NCBI GenBank assembly: GCA_035084275.1
Contig: CM068757.1
Coordinates: 4,898,001-4,962,000 of the forward strand
Direction of reading: 5' to 3'
From: Hydrolagus colliei
Taxonomy: Eukaryota
Length of the DNA stretch: 64,000 nt
Under the pieces are notes generated by a model that was given only the letters and a program-made list of their open reading frames with translations, did not search any database and had not been told where the DNA came from. The stretch's first letter is position 1. Each line of letters opens with the position of its first letter. The position numbers and the translations under genes were made by a program. This document shows positions 51,136 through 64,000 of the stretch, one piece after another.

Positions 51136-52412
51136 TGTCAGTTTAGGAATGTCATGAAGTCATCAGGTCCATTTAAATATGTACTGCTGGAAGCTTCCTT
51201 CCTCTCGTGCGAAGCCTGGAGATAATGTTAACCTCAGAATCATTGTGACCAATGCCCCCAAATTGTCCCACAATGTCGCGCAAAGTCATTTCAATCATCT
51301 AATCACCTTTGTTTTGGAGGGATCTATTGTAAGGCTGCTTTCTTTTTTTATGCTTTCAAGGTTATCAAAGAATTCTACTTATCATTTATTTAGAAAATGC
51401 ATTTAATTGTGGAGCACCAAAAGCCAGCAACAGCTCCACAGGTACACTGCAAACAGCACAGACCAAATTTTAAAGGCCTTATTTGGGCTCTCAAAGAGCT
51501 CTGGAGAACAATTCTTCCTTTCATATAAGATACACTGGCTGTCCCTTTGGATTTGAAATAAAGGCTAGGCTCGGTTGAGGAATTAAAAGGAATCAATTAG
51601 CCCAAATAGGATATGTATCATTCAGTAACATGATTTAAGTTGATCATGATAAGAACAAAAGCTATTCAATGGGGTACTTTTAGGCACTTGATGATGAAAA
51701 CTACGTTTTATGTTGCAATATTAACAGTTTCAATTTTTAAACCTCTAAATTGCACTTCTAACTCAAACTCCACCAGTCCCAGCACACGCCAATATCTATG
51801 GCAAGCGAAGCACTTTTAGGTGTATTTGGAGAACACTAGCAATAAAAATGATTTAACAGCATATCTCACCTTTTTATTATATTGGCACTTAAGGGATTTT
51901 TTTTTAAAAGGACAATTCTGCCAAGTGTAACTGTTACAGAAAGCTATTAATAGGAAAGATTCAATGTTAGGGATTTGTTTTGTTGGAGAATTCGAATCAC
52001 TGTAAGAGTAATTTAATTCTGGCCAAGCCATTCAAAATTATTACAGAACCTTTATTATTTTTCCCAGTCAAAACAATCGGATAATAATAGGGCATGTGTA
52101 CTTATTTAATGCTTCCACTGTTTTCAATGGAAGTCAAAGCAGATTACACTAACCGCAAATTCAGATTTAAAGGGCCATTGCTATGGAAAAGTGGCAATCG
52201 TTTTCTCTTTGTTTGCAAGCAAACTATGTGATGACATGATTTATATAATTGTGGAGTCGGTAACAATAAGTCACAGGCACTGTGACTGAAGGTAATTATT
52301 TTACATGTCAAATGTGGTTTTGTTGGCATGCGAAGAAAGCATACGCCAAGCAAAAATTCCATGAATACGATAGCCATTTAATCATCTGTGCATTCTCCTA
52401 CCTTGCAATATT

Positions 52413-52705
52413 TTCTGTGAAACGCTTTAAGACATCTTAATGACACGATAAGACACTATGTCAACTACTGGTATGATGATTATCCTTATTACTATTTGAT
52501 ATCATGTCTTATGACTTCAAGATGTCTTAAAGTGCTTCACAGGATTTACTGAAGAGTATGTTTTTGTAGGCATGTTTTTGAATGACCAATTTAACTGGAA
52601 GATTTGTTGGTTCGGACAATTGGCAAAACTTCCCTTGTATTTTCACATAGGTCCTTAGATTATTTAACGTGTTGCTGAACAGATAGACAAGAACTTGGCT
52701 TGACA
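52413..52705. mobile_element. Tail-to-tail old SINE remnants (+ tail to ~52490, - copy ~52490-52705)
   Basis: tgtgaaacgctttaagacatct faces agatgtcttaaagtgcttcaca; Deu-like sequence follows. Confidence 0.6.
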
Positions 52706-52960
52706 TTTTTTAGGTTATTCCCCAATTAATCTCAGATTAACTATCATTTCAATAATAATAATAATAATAAGAGTAAAACTCAAGTGAATCTTCTGCACTT
52801 ACTCTCCTCTCCATGCAATGTTCTATCTTCACCAATCTTAACCAGACTAATAACTGCTAATGTATACCATATCTCTCTATGACTTCTAATCTTTTTTTCA
52901 TCTGTTTATGCTCAAACTGTGATAGATTTTCCACTATCTTTTTGTACAGTTAAATAGTAA

Positions 52961-53035
52961 CTAGTGTTAGTTACCAGTGTCTAGTGTCTAGTGTTATATA
53001 ATCTAGTGTTATATAATGTTTAGTGTTATATAATC
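52961..53035. repeat. Minisatellite built from tagtgt / tagtgttatataat units
   Basis: ctagtgttag..cagtgtctagtgtctagtgttatataatctagtgttatataatgtttagtgttatataat. Confidence 0.85.
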
Positions 53036-53309
53036 CTGGTGGTACATTTCCAGGTTTACTGTAATAATTTATCTGTGCTAGCTGTGCATTTGAATTCAAG
53101 GGTCTTCAGAATTTTCAATCAAAGCAAATAATGTACTCACAACCTATGTAATATCATTAAATTTTTCAAATGGAAAAGTAAATGGGATGGAATAATAAAC
53201 TCTCGCGTGGAGAGTTTGATGAGTTATGGCAAAACAACTTTGTCAGAAAATTGTCCCCGTCTTCAAAATCTGTTGCTCCCCATCGCGTTGTTTTCTCTGT
53301 GTTGAAGTC

Positions 53310-53635
53310 AAACTTTTATATGTTCAGACCCCGTTATAAGCTAACACAGACCTGCTGTGTGACCCTCAGACGCGCCCTCACCACCACCCATCACCTGCCC
53401 GTGCCACTGAGGGTAGCTTGTGCTTTCAACCACTACCCCTTTAACTTCTGACACTCCTTGCCTCCATCCCTCCGCCTCATCCCATTATTACGTATCTTTA
53501 AATCCAATCTATCTCTGACCGTGCATATGATCATCTGCCCTTCCCCCATGTGCGATGTCTAGAACCATCACTGTACAGCAATCTATGTTTCTATCCTGTG
53601 TGAAGGGTGCTATTATAGATGCAAGTCATTGTTAT
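53310..53635 (+). mobile_element. Old L2 3' end
   Basis: gtgctttcaaccact...ctgacactccttgcctccatccctccgcctc...tttaaatccaatct...tgaagggtgctattatagatgcaagtcattgtt. Confidence 0.7.
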
Positions 53636-55412
53636 TTCAAGTGACAAGGAGAATTGCTGCTATGAAATTCAAAAGCAGTTATTCTACACAAATGGCAATT
53701 AATAAACTGCAAATTAAATTGAATATCAACTCATTTTGTGTTGTTGACTCTGTTCATAGCGATAGAGGGTTGTGAAGGTTACCTGTTAGCATTTCATGTA
53801 CCCAGTGATAGAATGAAAGAGAGAGAGAGAGGGAGAGAGAAAACCAGATGTGGTCTTTGCATTCAGCACATTATGTCTACGCTACACCTTTGCTTAACTT
53901 GACAACAAATGGATGAGACAGGAATTTGGATGCAGCTTGTAGTGCAAAGTATCATAGAATAGTATGATACAGGATGTCCCTTGCCATTCCCCATATGGTG
54001 AATTGATGATCTTGGACAGACCATCTAAGAAAGTACTGAGCAGAGAATGAAGCGCTAACCCTGAGGGAGAACAAGAGCAAAACATATCTTCAGACAAGTC
54101 AAGGTTAGGGCTCTCATGCAATCTTTCAGCTGAGAAATAGTTTACAACGTAAAGAGATTTAAGGAAGTAGAACACAATTACTGTATTTGCGATAATATAT
54201 TTCATGGGTGAGACCTGTCCATTCTTGTTTAAAAATTGCACAGAAATACTTTTTCTTGGAATAGCACTTGCACTCTCCTGTGACATTCAAACACTTTTTG
54301 CAATGGTGTACTATAAAATCTGAAGAGAACATAAATAACAAACACAGTGAGTTACAACTGTAGAACTCAGAGACCTCATGAAGAGATATTGAAAACACAG
54401 AAACGCTGAGTAAGGATGTCTGGGAAACCATCGCACCCGAACTTTCATGTATATGATGCATTGTAATGCAGCCTCCAAGGCAACATTAGGCATACAGGGT
54501 ATTTTGCAGCTGTAAAATGTAAGAAGCCATTCAGCTAGCTGATAGATTTCAAGGAAACACATTCTATAGCGGGATTAGAGTTCGAATACATGATTTTAAC
54601 AAACAGGCTTTCATATTTGCCAATGAAATACACAATATCTTATTTCCTGGGCATTTTATAATCTGGTAGTGAAATCCTTAATACCCATAGTAAGAATGTA
54701 ACCCGTATAATTGACTTGGTATTCTGTCTGAATGTCTATACTTATTTCCCTTTGTTTTTAGTTATCTGTAACACAATATCATTGTCATTAAATGCTAGCT
54801 AGTTGCAGTGATCTGTTCCCATAACACAATTGAATGCTGTTTGTACAAGCCAACCCTGCAGGTCAGTCACGTGCAATCATGTCATGTCTTTGTCTTTACC
54901 GCAGTAACATTTACAAACTACAAAAAGCTATTCACATAAATGTACTGTAATGTCCCGTTGAATCTCTACTAAAAATCAAAGTCATGCTATAAATGTACTG
55001 TACATTTGTAAAGTTCCAAATGCTGTTGTGATGCCGAATGGTTTGTTTTCAAGGTGCTTATCTAAAAGGGTGTAGATTATTGCCTTAAAATAATAATTCA
55101 AAGGAAATACATCTGCAAACTAAGAAATGAACACATGTTAAAAAAAAATGCACCGAGTTTATCTCTTGGCCAAATTCTCCACGTTTTCTTAAACAAAGCA
55201 ATGAAGCAATCAAAAAATGTAAGCCTGAAAAAAACTGGTTTAATTAAATGAATCTGCCAGAAATCAGTGAGTTCTGAAGTTAATCAACTATCGATTGAAG
55301 GAGAAAGGAACGTTAAATGTAAAGCTGACTTGACAATTTCATTTATTTCTCGTGGCTGTTGCTGGATTATTTGGTGGAAAAAATAGCAGTATTATATGTA
55401 TATATGTGTAAT

Positions 55413-55440
55413 ACACACACACACACACACACACACATAC
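55413..55440. repeat. (CA)n microsatellite
   Basis: About 12 perfect AC units. Confidence 0.95.
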
Positions 55441-57323
55441 ATGTTTGTGTCATTAATAAAACGTTTTTTTCCCCAATCGGTGTAGTTATGTTGAAGAAAA
55501 AACTCTAATGGCCTGACCTTGCCACGTTAACACTGTAAGGCCATTGTGAACAATTGCTCGGTGTTGAACAAGCACAAGAAGGGCCACCCGCATTTATTTC
55601 CCATCCTCGTTTCATTGCAGAATGTTTGCAATGCGATCCATTAAAATGAAAGGCCATGACCATTTTGCTTCTCTTCAGACTTTGCTGAAACTGTCGACTA
55701 AACTCCAGCAATGCCAACGACAATGGATTGCAGCCAAACGCTGAGCCAGCACAAATTGCATAGCAGCCTTGCCCCCGACCCCACCTGGAGGAGGCAGTTT
55801 CAGAAGCAAAGTGGTTTAGTCCACCACAGCATGCATGTGACATGGGACTAATTAAACTTGCCTTGTACTCCCATGGACTGTTGAAACTTCTCAGCCTGCC
55901 CGATAGATGGACCAAGGACCTTAAGCAGTTTGTGCTTTTTGGGTGGGATGGTGGGGGTTCATTGAAACAAAACTGCTCTCACAGAATCTCTAAGAACTTC
56001 AGCAAAAAGTTATCTGTGCATGCATAGAACTCCTAAATTGGTGTTAGTATTTGATGGCCCACGATGTGATACAATGATGGAAGCATAAATAACTTTTCTT
56101 GGAACCATTTCACTGTGCTCCCAGGAGCAATATTGTTCCTCTCTCTCTGCAGTACGAACATATCAGAATATCCACGGTTTCTCTTTCATCTCCAATTTAG
56201 CCTGTTGTAACACTTCCCCACTTATGATTAATTCTTATTGTGGTGTTAATTTATGGATTCAAAATATTACCCCTAACATGATAGGATCTGCTCTTTTCAT
56301 AGATACCTTATTTTGTCGCCAACAAGTTTCCCAAATCAACAAATGAGCGACTCCAGCAAATCAATGATTATCTAATATTTTATTTATATTTTGACAAAAA
56401 CAGGCTTGAGATCACAAAAGTGACACTGGGAGAAAGGGACAAGGAGGTTCGGCTGCCCTTGAATTTAACCACAAATATATAGCCCCTGCAGAAGATCTAA
56501 CTGAGATCAAAGTTAAAAGGAGCTAATGCGTTGCCTCCAAGGTGAGCTATATCTCTCACTTCTGATTAAGCCAGATGGCATTCACTGGGCTTTGCTTGTC
56601 TTGATTCTGTGTTAAGACGTGTTGTCTCCTGTGGCTTTATCAAAAAAAAGTAGTGATTTATTTGACCATTAACCTCTGCACGGAGGACAAATCTATATAT
56701 AACCTTATTTTAAAGCTGTCATTCACACTTCACTCTCTGGATCTATTACAGCTTTGAGTAAACAGCAAGCAGTTGCATTTACTGTGAGTAATTTACAAAT
56801 TTTGCTGTAGAGTCATGATTATATATATATATATCTACTATTTTCATGAAAAAGATAAGTTTATGGATTGCGATTAAATATTGATATTATTCACAGCAAA
56901 CATGTCTATATATCATTCTGTCCAGTCTCCCACCTCGGTCCAATGTATTTCCAGCCAAAAGGCAAACTGGGAAGATGATTTGGTCCATCAGTGGCCAATA
57001 AAGAGAGAGAATAAGTTGTAAATGATATTGACTAAAACACTGGATGAATTGGTGATTTTCCTCTGAGCGGCATAAGATTCCAAAAGTATTAGTAACCTAT
57101 CAGTAAATAATGAGAGCTTCAGGGAAGATACTGTAAGGTGACCAGTATTTTGGGAACCATTGTCCTGTCAGAAGAGGACTCAGCACAGAGAAACATACTG
57201 ATGTACTGGGGGTGAATAATGCATTGTTTGCTTAGAGTCAATGTGTTCATACTGATTATGGAAAATACCACTGTCAGAGTATCAGCACTTGGAACTTGCT
57301 GTTTATGGCCACGATTGATGTAG

Positions 57324-57382
57324 CAACAACAACAACAAAATTACATTTGTATCGTGCCTTTCACGTCAGGAGGACGTCCTCC
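57324..57382 (-). mobile_element. L2 extreme 3' end; an old CR1 3' end (+) follows to ~57570
   Basis: (caa)n-aattacatttgtatcgtgcctttcacgtcaggaggacgtcc; then gagaagggaatagaggtttatggagag...cactggcaccgactagtttggccaga. Confidence 0.85.
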
Positions 57383-59332
57383 GGATGCGGATGATGCAGA
57401 AAGCATCAATTGAAGAGGAACCTCAATTAATATATGTGAGAGAAGGGAATAGAGGTTTATGGAGAGGCTAGAAGGCTGGGGTGTTGTAGTGGGGGGACAG
57501 GATGGGTGGAGAAAAAACCACACTGGCACCGACTAGTTTGGCCAGATTCTTTGTAGTTCTGTGTAATGTGTAATCCACTGGTCAACAGTTGAGGAGTATA
57601 CTGAGCTGAGGATGATGCAGCGTTGAGGAAAAGTCAGGCACTTACTGTTTGCCTGTTACATGTACCTTTTTGAAATCTGCTTCACGAATACGTTACGTTT
57701 GACTTGAGAAAGCGACCACCAAATTTGAAAATACAGTACTGAATTCTGACAACTGTCTGAGGAGCAAGAACTCTTCTCATGTCAATGCTAGAATGAACTC
57801 GAGATGCGTAAGGAACATCCTAAATACATTTTGAACAATTTTAGCAATCTTGATTTGAGACTTTCCTTTCTTGCTGTGTATATATCCTTTCAAGGCTTTG
57901 ACAGGTTGATTTCATGCGTAGAAAACATTTTCTTTTTTTAAAAAGTTGCAAATGCAAATGGTAATTTCGAGCACAAAGCTTCTATAATATTATTGAGAAC
58001 AAATACCAGGCATGTGAGCGCCTAACATTGATCAAATTTGCAGTTTAACAAAAATATGTCAGTTTGATTGAATATGTTGTTTGTTGCACAAAATAAAACT
58101 CCAAATGTAATTTGTAAGTACAATACCGACCTGGAAAGGCTTTAGGCATTTGTACTGCATTGCTGGACTTGAAAACTGCTGAAGCAAGAGGTACAGAACT
58201 GTTTTACGTAACTCCTTGCAGCAAACAATACTGCTGGTCACCCATTCAAGTTACTTGGCCATACAGCATATATACAAAGGAACATTCAATTAATCGAATA
58301 ATGTGCGATGTGTTATTTCTCAGAAAAAATAATGACGACTGCTACGTTGGTAGGCCATAACTAATGTCCGTGATATCAGTGTAAACATGTTTCTGCACTA
58401 GCATGACACACACCATTATCCATTGTTTTATATATATATATATATACTGTATATATACACACATACCTGCTTTAAACTCAAATTGTAGCAGTTGGTATTC
58501 TATCAGTTGTTCAACTTGATGATGCCCAAGATTTGCTACAAAATATACAATACTGGTGACCATAGCTTTGACAGTAGCCTCATTTTTACAGTTTGGTATA
58601 CAGTAGAGGTACTTAGAATTACACATTACAGAAACAGGCCATTCAGCCCAACAAGTTAGATTGATAAAGGAAACGCCATGGAAAAAAGACCTTTATATAA
58701 CGTCAATCCTTTGTCATTGCAATTCAGAAATAAAAAGGCTCATTGCCAAGATTTGTATAAACACAAGCTTCAATGGAACTGTCAGAGAGAGAGTAAAAAA
58801 TTGTTCTCTCAAAAACAATGTTTGTTTTAATAATGAAAAAAATAGACTTTACATGGTTCATGGTTGCTTTGTTCTGTAAAAATAAGTATATACATTACCC
58901 AATACAACTGAGTGTGTTGTTTTTATTGGGTTAGGTGACAAAAGATTTCAAATTGCCTCTTCTGATAAATTTCTTCACCTTGTATCAAACATCACAGTTG
59001 TGAGTTAATGTAAATTCAAAAAAAGCTGAAACAATAGGTGGCAGGATATTGTTGGAAATTTTCAGAAATCTTGGGCCTGCATAACAATGAGAGGCAGTGT
59101 TAATTGTTGCTGGCTCCACTTGTCAAACACAATTTGTGGTGTATATTAACACAGAATTTCCATGTAGTTTTGTCTGCGAGCAATGAAAACATGTGCCAAG
59201 CAAATATTCCATGTAGGCAATGGCTGTTTAATAGTAATAATCCTCAAATTTGATGTCACGTTGAAGGGCTTCACAATAATTACTGTTGAGAGCAAATCAA
59301 GGCAAGTGTAGCGGCCAATCATTCTTCCACAA

Positions 59333-59396
59333 ATAACAACAACAAAATTACATTTATAGAGCGCCTTTCACGATGGAGGATATCCCAAGGCGCTGA
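59333..59396 (-). mobile_element. L2 extreme 3' end, adjoining an old SINE tail (~59232-59330)
   Basis: aacaacaacaaaattacatttatagagcgcctttcacgatggaggatatcccaaggcgctg. Confidence 0.88.
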
Positions 59397-60461
59397 TATC
59401 GCCCAAACAACCAGAAGACTTCAACAGTCTCTTTACAAAGAAACCTTAGCAGATCCTCTCTGTCCTTAATCTGTGACTTTCAGTTTGGGGACGAAACGAC
59501 CTACGTGACAATGTTTAAGTCAAGGTCACGTTGGACAAAGGTCAACAACAATTGTTGGTTTTTGAGCTTCAACAAAATAGACCACCTCACTACCAAAACG
59601 TCATGCATTCCTTTCCAGTGACTGCTCTCACTTCATTCCTTTTCTTTTGTTGTATTCTGCAGGTCATCCCTTATCTCGTCAACCTTTAGTGCTGTTTCTT
59701 TCCTCCCTTTTTACTGCCACTTATTCCTTACGTTTATCTAATTCCAAGTGCTTTAAGGAATTCTGAACTGCAGCTCTTGGGCCTTCAGGCTTCAACTTCA
59801 CTCACACAAGGTGCCAGGGTATGCAATCAGCTACAGAAGAACAAATGGAGAGCAAGTGTCAATTGTTCTAATTGACTTTTCCCATTGTAAAGCATTTGGC
59901 TGCCCCTTGTGCTACAGCAGGCTTTGGATCCCCTTCGATTCGAAACTGCCAAATTATTCAATGAGTCAAACTAATGAAATATTAAATTGTAAATTGGATT
60001 TGAGAAACTTTTACTGAATAGCCGCAGCATGCACTACATCAGTCAATATAAGGCCTCCACAAAATATTTTCTGCTTTGCTTCAAAGTGAGGCAAAGTGCT
60101 TCAGTGATGACTATTTATATTAAAATCAAACTTTTGCAGAGTAAGTAAAGTCAAATTCCCTGTCCAAAGTTATGTCCATAGGAATCAGCACTATTTTTGT
60201 ATGAAAGGGGTGTTGTAAAGTTTGCCATTCAGATTATACATCTGAGAACAAGTTAGTAACTGGAATGGATCTAACAGAACCTTGAGTCCCTGTGAAAGGA
60301 ACTGCTTCTCTAAGGAAACTGATTGATTTAATCCTGAACATTGTACAAGTTGACAATGGTTGGAGATAGAATGTGGGTTCCCCTTCAATAGTTTTAACAT
60401 GGACAGTGTCAAGAAAAGGCTGGGGAGATAATTGTATTTGGAATTAGAGTTAGGATGAGTG

Positions 60462-60776
60462 ATAATAATAATAATCCTTGCATTTTGATATAGCGCTTTT
60501 CACATCTTATCAATGTCTCAAAGTGCTTCACAGAATATACTGTAAAATGAATTGAGTGTATATTTGTGGGCGATAAGCGGCAGCCGATTGCACATAGCAG
60601 TGTCCCACAAACAGTCGTGGATTGAAATGACCAATTTTATTATTGTGGGTTTTTTTTGGAAGGATTTTTAGTAGGCGTACGGAGTAAGGAAACTTGCTCA
60701 AGTTTTCACCCTAATCTGCCTAGATTCAAACACAAGTCTCACGCTTGTAAGGCGAGTGCTCTAACCACTGAGCTAC
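60462..60776 (-). mobile_element. Near full-length SINE, subfamily A
   Basis: Tail cacatcttatcaatgtc, core, and head to ccactgagctac (last ~9 nt missing). Confidence 0.93.
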
Positions 60777-63700
60777 CTACATACCAGGAGTCATGAAGGT
60801 GTACTATATGACGATATTTGGTTGGCAATGTAGATTGGACTCTGAGTATCACCAGAAATGTTTAATGGTCTGACTCATTGAAGAATTGGCGGGACAAAGG
60901 ATGCACAACAAGATCAGGAAGGGATTTTGTGATACAAAAGGCACATCGGAAGGTAGATTCATACACAAAAGAATGAAAGTACTCAAAATATTTTTACATC
61001 TCAGAAAATAGGTCAGCGAGCAATCTTCATCATAAAGATTTTAGCTTCCCTTCTTTTGAGCTCTATTTTTGCACATGAACCGCAGATGTATAAAAGTACT
61101 GGAAGATAAACATATCAGTGAAGCAATTTGCATATTTACAGCTTTATATAAACCGAGGCGCATTCATTGTGGCTTGGTAAAAAAATAAATGATGTTTGAA
61201 AAACACTTTCCCGGTGGATTAATGATTACACTGGTGTTTTGGGACAAATGTCATTTAGTGATCGAAAAATCTGATGCAAACAAAGAATCTGCAGGTTTTT
61301 TTTATTAAGAAAAAACGTGAAATGGGGGAAAAAGAGACACCTAAACTACAAATTCAAGTTAAATAATGTCCGGGGAGTGCAAATGGCACTGAGAAGAGGC
61401 AAAATAAGGGACTGCAAATAAGAGTTTTGGAAATGTTACAAAAGCAGACAAGAAGGGATAAGAGGATTAACTGGAAGCTCAAGGCTGTACAATGGAGAAG
61501 AGCAGCCCAGAAATGGTCTGACTTGAGAACCTACCATTTCTGCAGCTGCCATTATCCTAATGCACTTTATCAACAATCCCAACACAACTTCAAGCTATCT
61601 ACCCCACACACCAAGAGCCAAAAGCAACTGCGGCCTATAAAAAAAACCCTTCAAAATAAAGCAAGCTCCGGCTGTCAGTAAGGCAGTGGCTACCAAACTT
61701 TGAATAGTGGCGCCCCCCTCCTTCACAGTTTGGAAACCACTGTAGTAAGAGCATATCCTATTTATTTGTATTATTTTTCTTTCCGCCCACCTGTTTTTTT
61801 CCTAATAAACAAGACATTTATGGGTTGCTCTTCCAGTTTGTCATGGCTTCTCTCCAGCTGTGTCCTTTTTCAGTTCTTGTTTGTGCTTCTGTCTCTTTCC
61901 AACTATTTGTGCCGATGATCACATGGTTGCTCTGTTTGCTGCTACGTTTTATATTTCTCTATTTTAAGTGTGAGGTAATGATCATGAACTCTCAAATAGT
62001 ATGCTGCCGAGACGTGGGCCAGTCAAATATATGTTTCACTGGTCAAAGGTGAACAACACTGGTGGACATGTTTGGTGATGGTACATTTCCAATTTATTGA
62101 TGGTTTACATGTGGCCAATAAATCCATCTCTCTATGGCAATTGCAAACAATTCCCTTGAGGTGTTCTGCAAACAACTCACTTTCAGCCCATGGAACAGTC
62201 TGTGGTATGAAGGAGATCATCCAGTCACACCTTGGCTTCGCTGTGCGCAAAACAGGTGTTTTTATATTTCTCGTTCAAATGTAGATCATCCCCCCAATAA
62301 TGCAACTTACCTTTAACTGAATAATGATTTCATTTGAATGCTAATCCTTGTTTCTCAACTTTTCACGGTAGTTTTGAAATGCATTTTCAAAGTACCTCAA
62401 AGTAATTTCACATTACTGCCAAACTTCCAGCAAATACAATCTGCCAGAATGTCTAATTGTTGTAGCCAACAACAATGCTGTAATTTAGTATAATGGAGAG
62501 CTGAATGTATTGCGTAATTCAGAATAATAATAAATCTATACAACAGCTTGTCCTTGCCTTCTATGGGCAACTGCAGATTGGCTGTTCTCCAGATATACTG
62601 TTTTGAAAGAGAATGACTTGAAAAAGTGTTGTGTGCAATTAAATTTCTTCTTTGAACAATAATTGCCAATTGTTAAGTGATGACTCTATAACGTGATTTT
62701 AAAAACAAACGTTTGTTCTCATTGTGTTTATGTACATTGGTACAAAACTTTTTTTTAATATCAGCAAGTGCAATGCCAGAATAGCTTTCAATGGCAGCAC
62801 ATAAACCCAATTTTTCAATACTTTAAAGTGTCACCGTGCAATACTTGATTGTCTGGGCTGCTCGCCAGGGGAAATGGCAGAAGTTGCCAAACAGGAGACG
62901 AAAACATCAAATATTGATCTTTACTGTCACTGTATTACTCTGCTGGAATCTCAAAATATTACTTATAGTTGAAATTATGATGTACAGCTTGATTTCTCTT
63001 TGGCCATGTCATGTCAATAGTTATTGTTATAGAGTATTGCTTCAGGGTATTGGAGATGAGTGTTTGGTTTATACACAAAAAATATTAACAATAAACAGCA
63101 TATAGTTTGGTCCTGAAAATAAATTTAAACAGAACTGCAGATTTTTGAAGGCGCAAAACACTATGTAAACATTAATTTATTTGTGCTGATATTCTAACAT
63201 GTTCTATCTTTATAATCAACAAATTCCCATGATTTTGAAAGGCTGGGTACAGCTACATTAAGAATTAATTGAAACAACTAATTTTTCAGCCATTCAACCA
63301 TCTCATATTAACATGAGAATTCACTCGCAAGTAGATTATTGCTCAATTTGAACATCACAGTGTGCCTCTTCACATTGAAATTAAAAGCGAGCTGCAGTAT
63401 AAAAAAATACAGTTAAATGTTGGTACCGAAAACACTTAATGATCATCGGGATTACCCTGTGATGTTCTAACATATATTAAAAAAATCAGTAATAACTTGG
63501 ATTTATAATATGGCCTTCACGATGGATGCAGTTTGGGAGCAAAATCGGGCAGAATTTTACTTCTCATGAATAATAATTGAAACAAAACCTGGAATTATAG
63601 TATGCTTACAATTACTGGATTTATACAAAATTTTACAGTAAAAAGCACGGGTTTAAGATGAAAGTACTTCCAATTCTGGAATGTCTATTCTCCTTTTTTT

Positions 63701-63850
63701 AATAAGAAAATATATCTTCAAAAGATTGTAATTTAAGAGAAGATAATGAGGATTAGCTGTTTGTCTAAAACCAAATTAGAGGTCATTTATAATTTTGGTT
63801 GGCAGCAATATCACCAGCTGTAGACCACATAGTAGCATTTTAGATAAAGC

Positions 63851-63970
63851 TCACAGAATATACTGTAAAGTGAATTGATTGTATATTTGTGGGAAAAACG
63901 TGGCAGCCAATTGCGCACAGCAGTGTCCCATAAACAGTCGTGGGTTGAAATGACCAAATTATTATTGTAT
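63851..63970 (-). mobile_element. SINE internal fragment
   Basis: tcacagaatatactgtaaagtgaattg...gcagccaattgcgcacagcagtgtccca...gaaatgaccaa. Confidence 0.9.
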
Positions 63971-64000
63971 TTTATTTATGTTTGAGATGGAGTTTGTGAC

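Noticed and set aside
53894-54461. Overlapping ORFs or pseudogene
   Set aside because: No recognisable homology; the purine-rich plus frames contain several stops.
1-64000. CRISPR array or prokaryotic operon/defence system
   Set aside because: Repeats are dispersed retroelements, not regularly spaced; there are no long ORFs; the sequence is vertebrate non-coding DNA.

Overview
AT-rich, CpG-poor vertebrate non-coding DNA (intergenic or a long intron). The repeats point to a cartilaginous fish, most likely a holocephalan such as elephant shark; this is inferred from repeat types, not from a search. I found no recognisable host protein-coding gene, tRNA, rRNA or CRISPR array. Almost every ORF in the track is a chance ORF or a retroelement remnant. 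The window holds about 8 full-length and many partial copies of a ~320 bp tRNA-headed SINE with a Deu-like core and an L2-type tail, older SacSINE1/AmnSINE1-like SINEs, 3' ends of L2 and CR1 LINEs, a decayed RTE reverse-transcriptase fragment and a Penelope-like terminal repeat. Best observations: (1) a minimal hammerhead ribozyme motif in the Penelope-like repeat; (2) a covarying 3' stem-loop shared by the L2 LINE, two SINE subfamilies and a third tail family, plus many hairpin-only insertions, two nested in SINEs; (3) close inverted SINE pairs able to form long dsRNA; (4) a CpG-dense hairpin next to a candidate minus-strand first exon and an LF-SINE-like head; (5) several repeat-free, enhancer-like blocks. 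I cannot support a wholly new biological system from this sequence alone. Family names come from recalled consensus sequences and need a Dfam/Repbase check.
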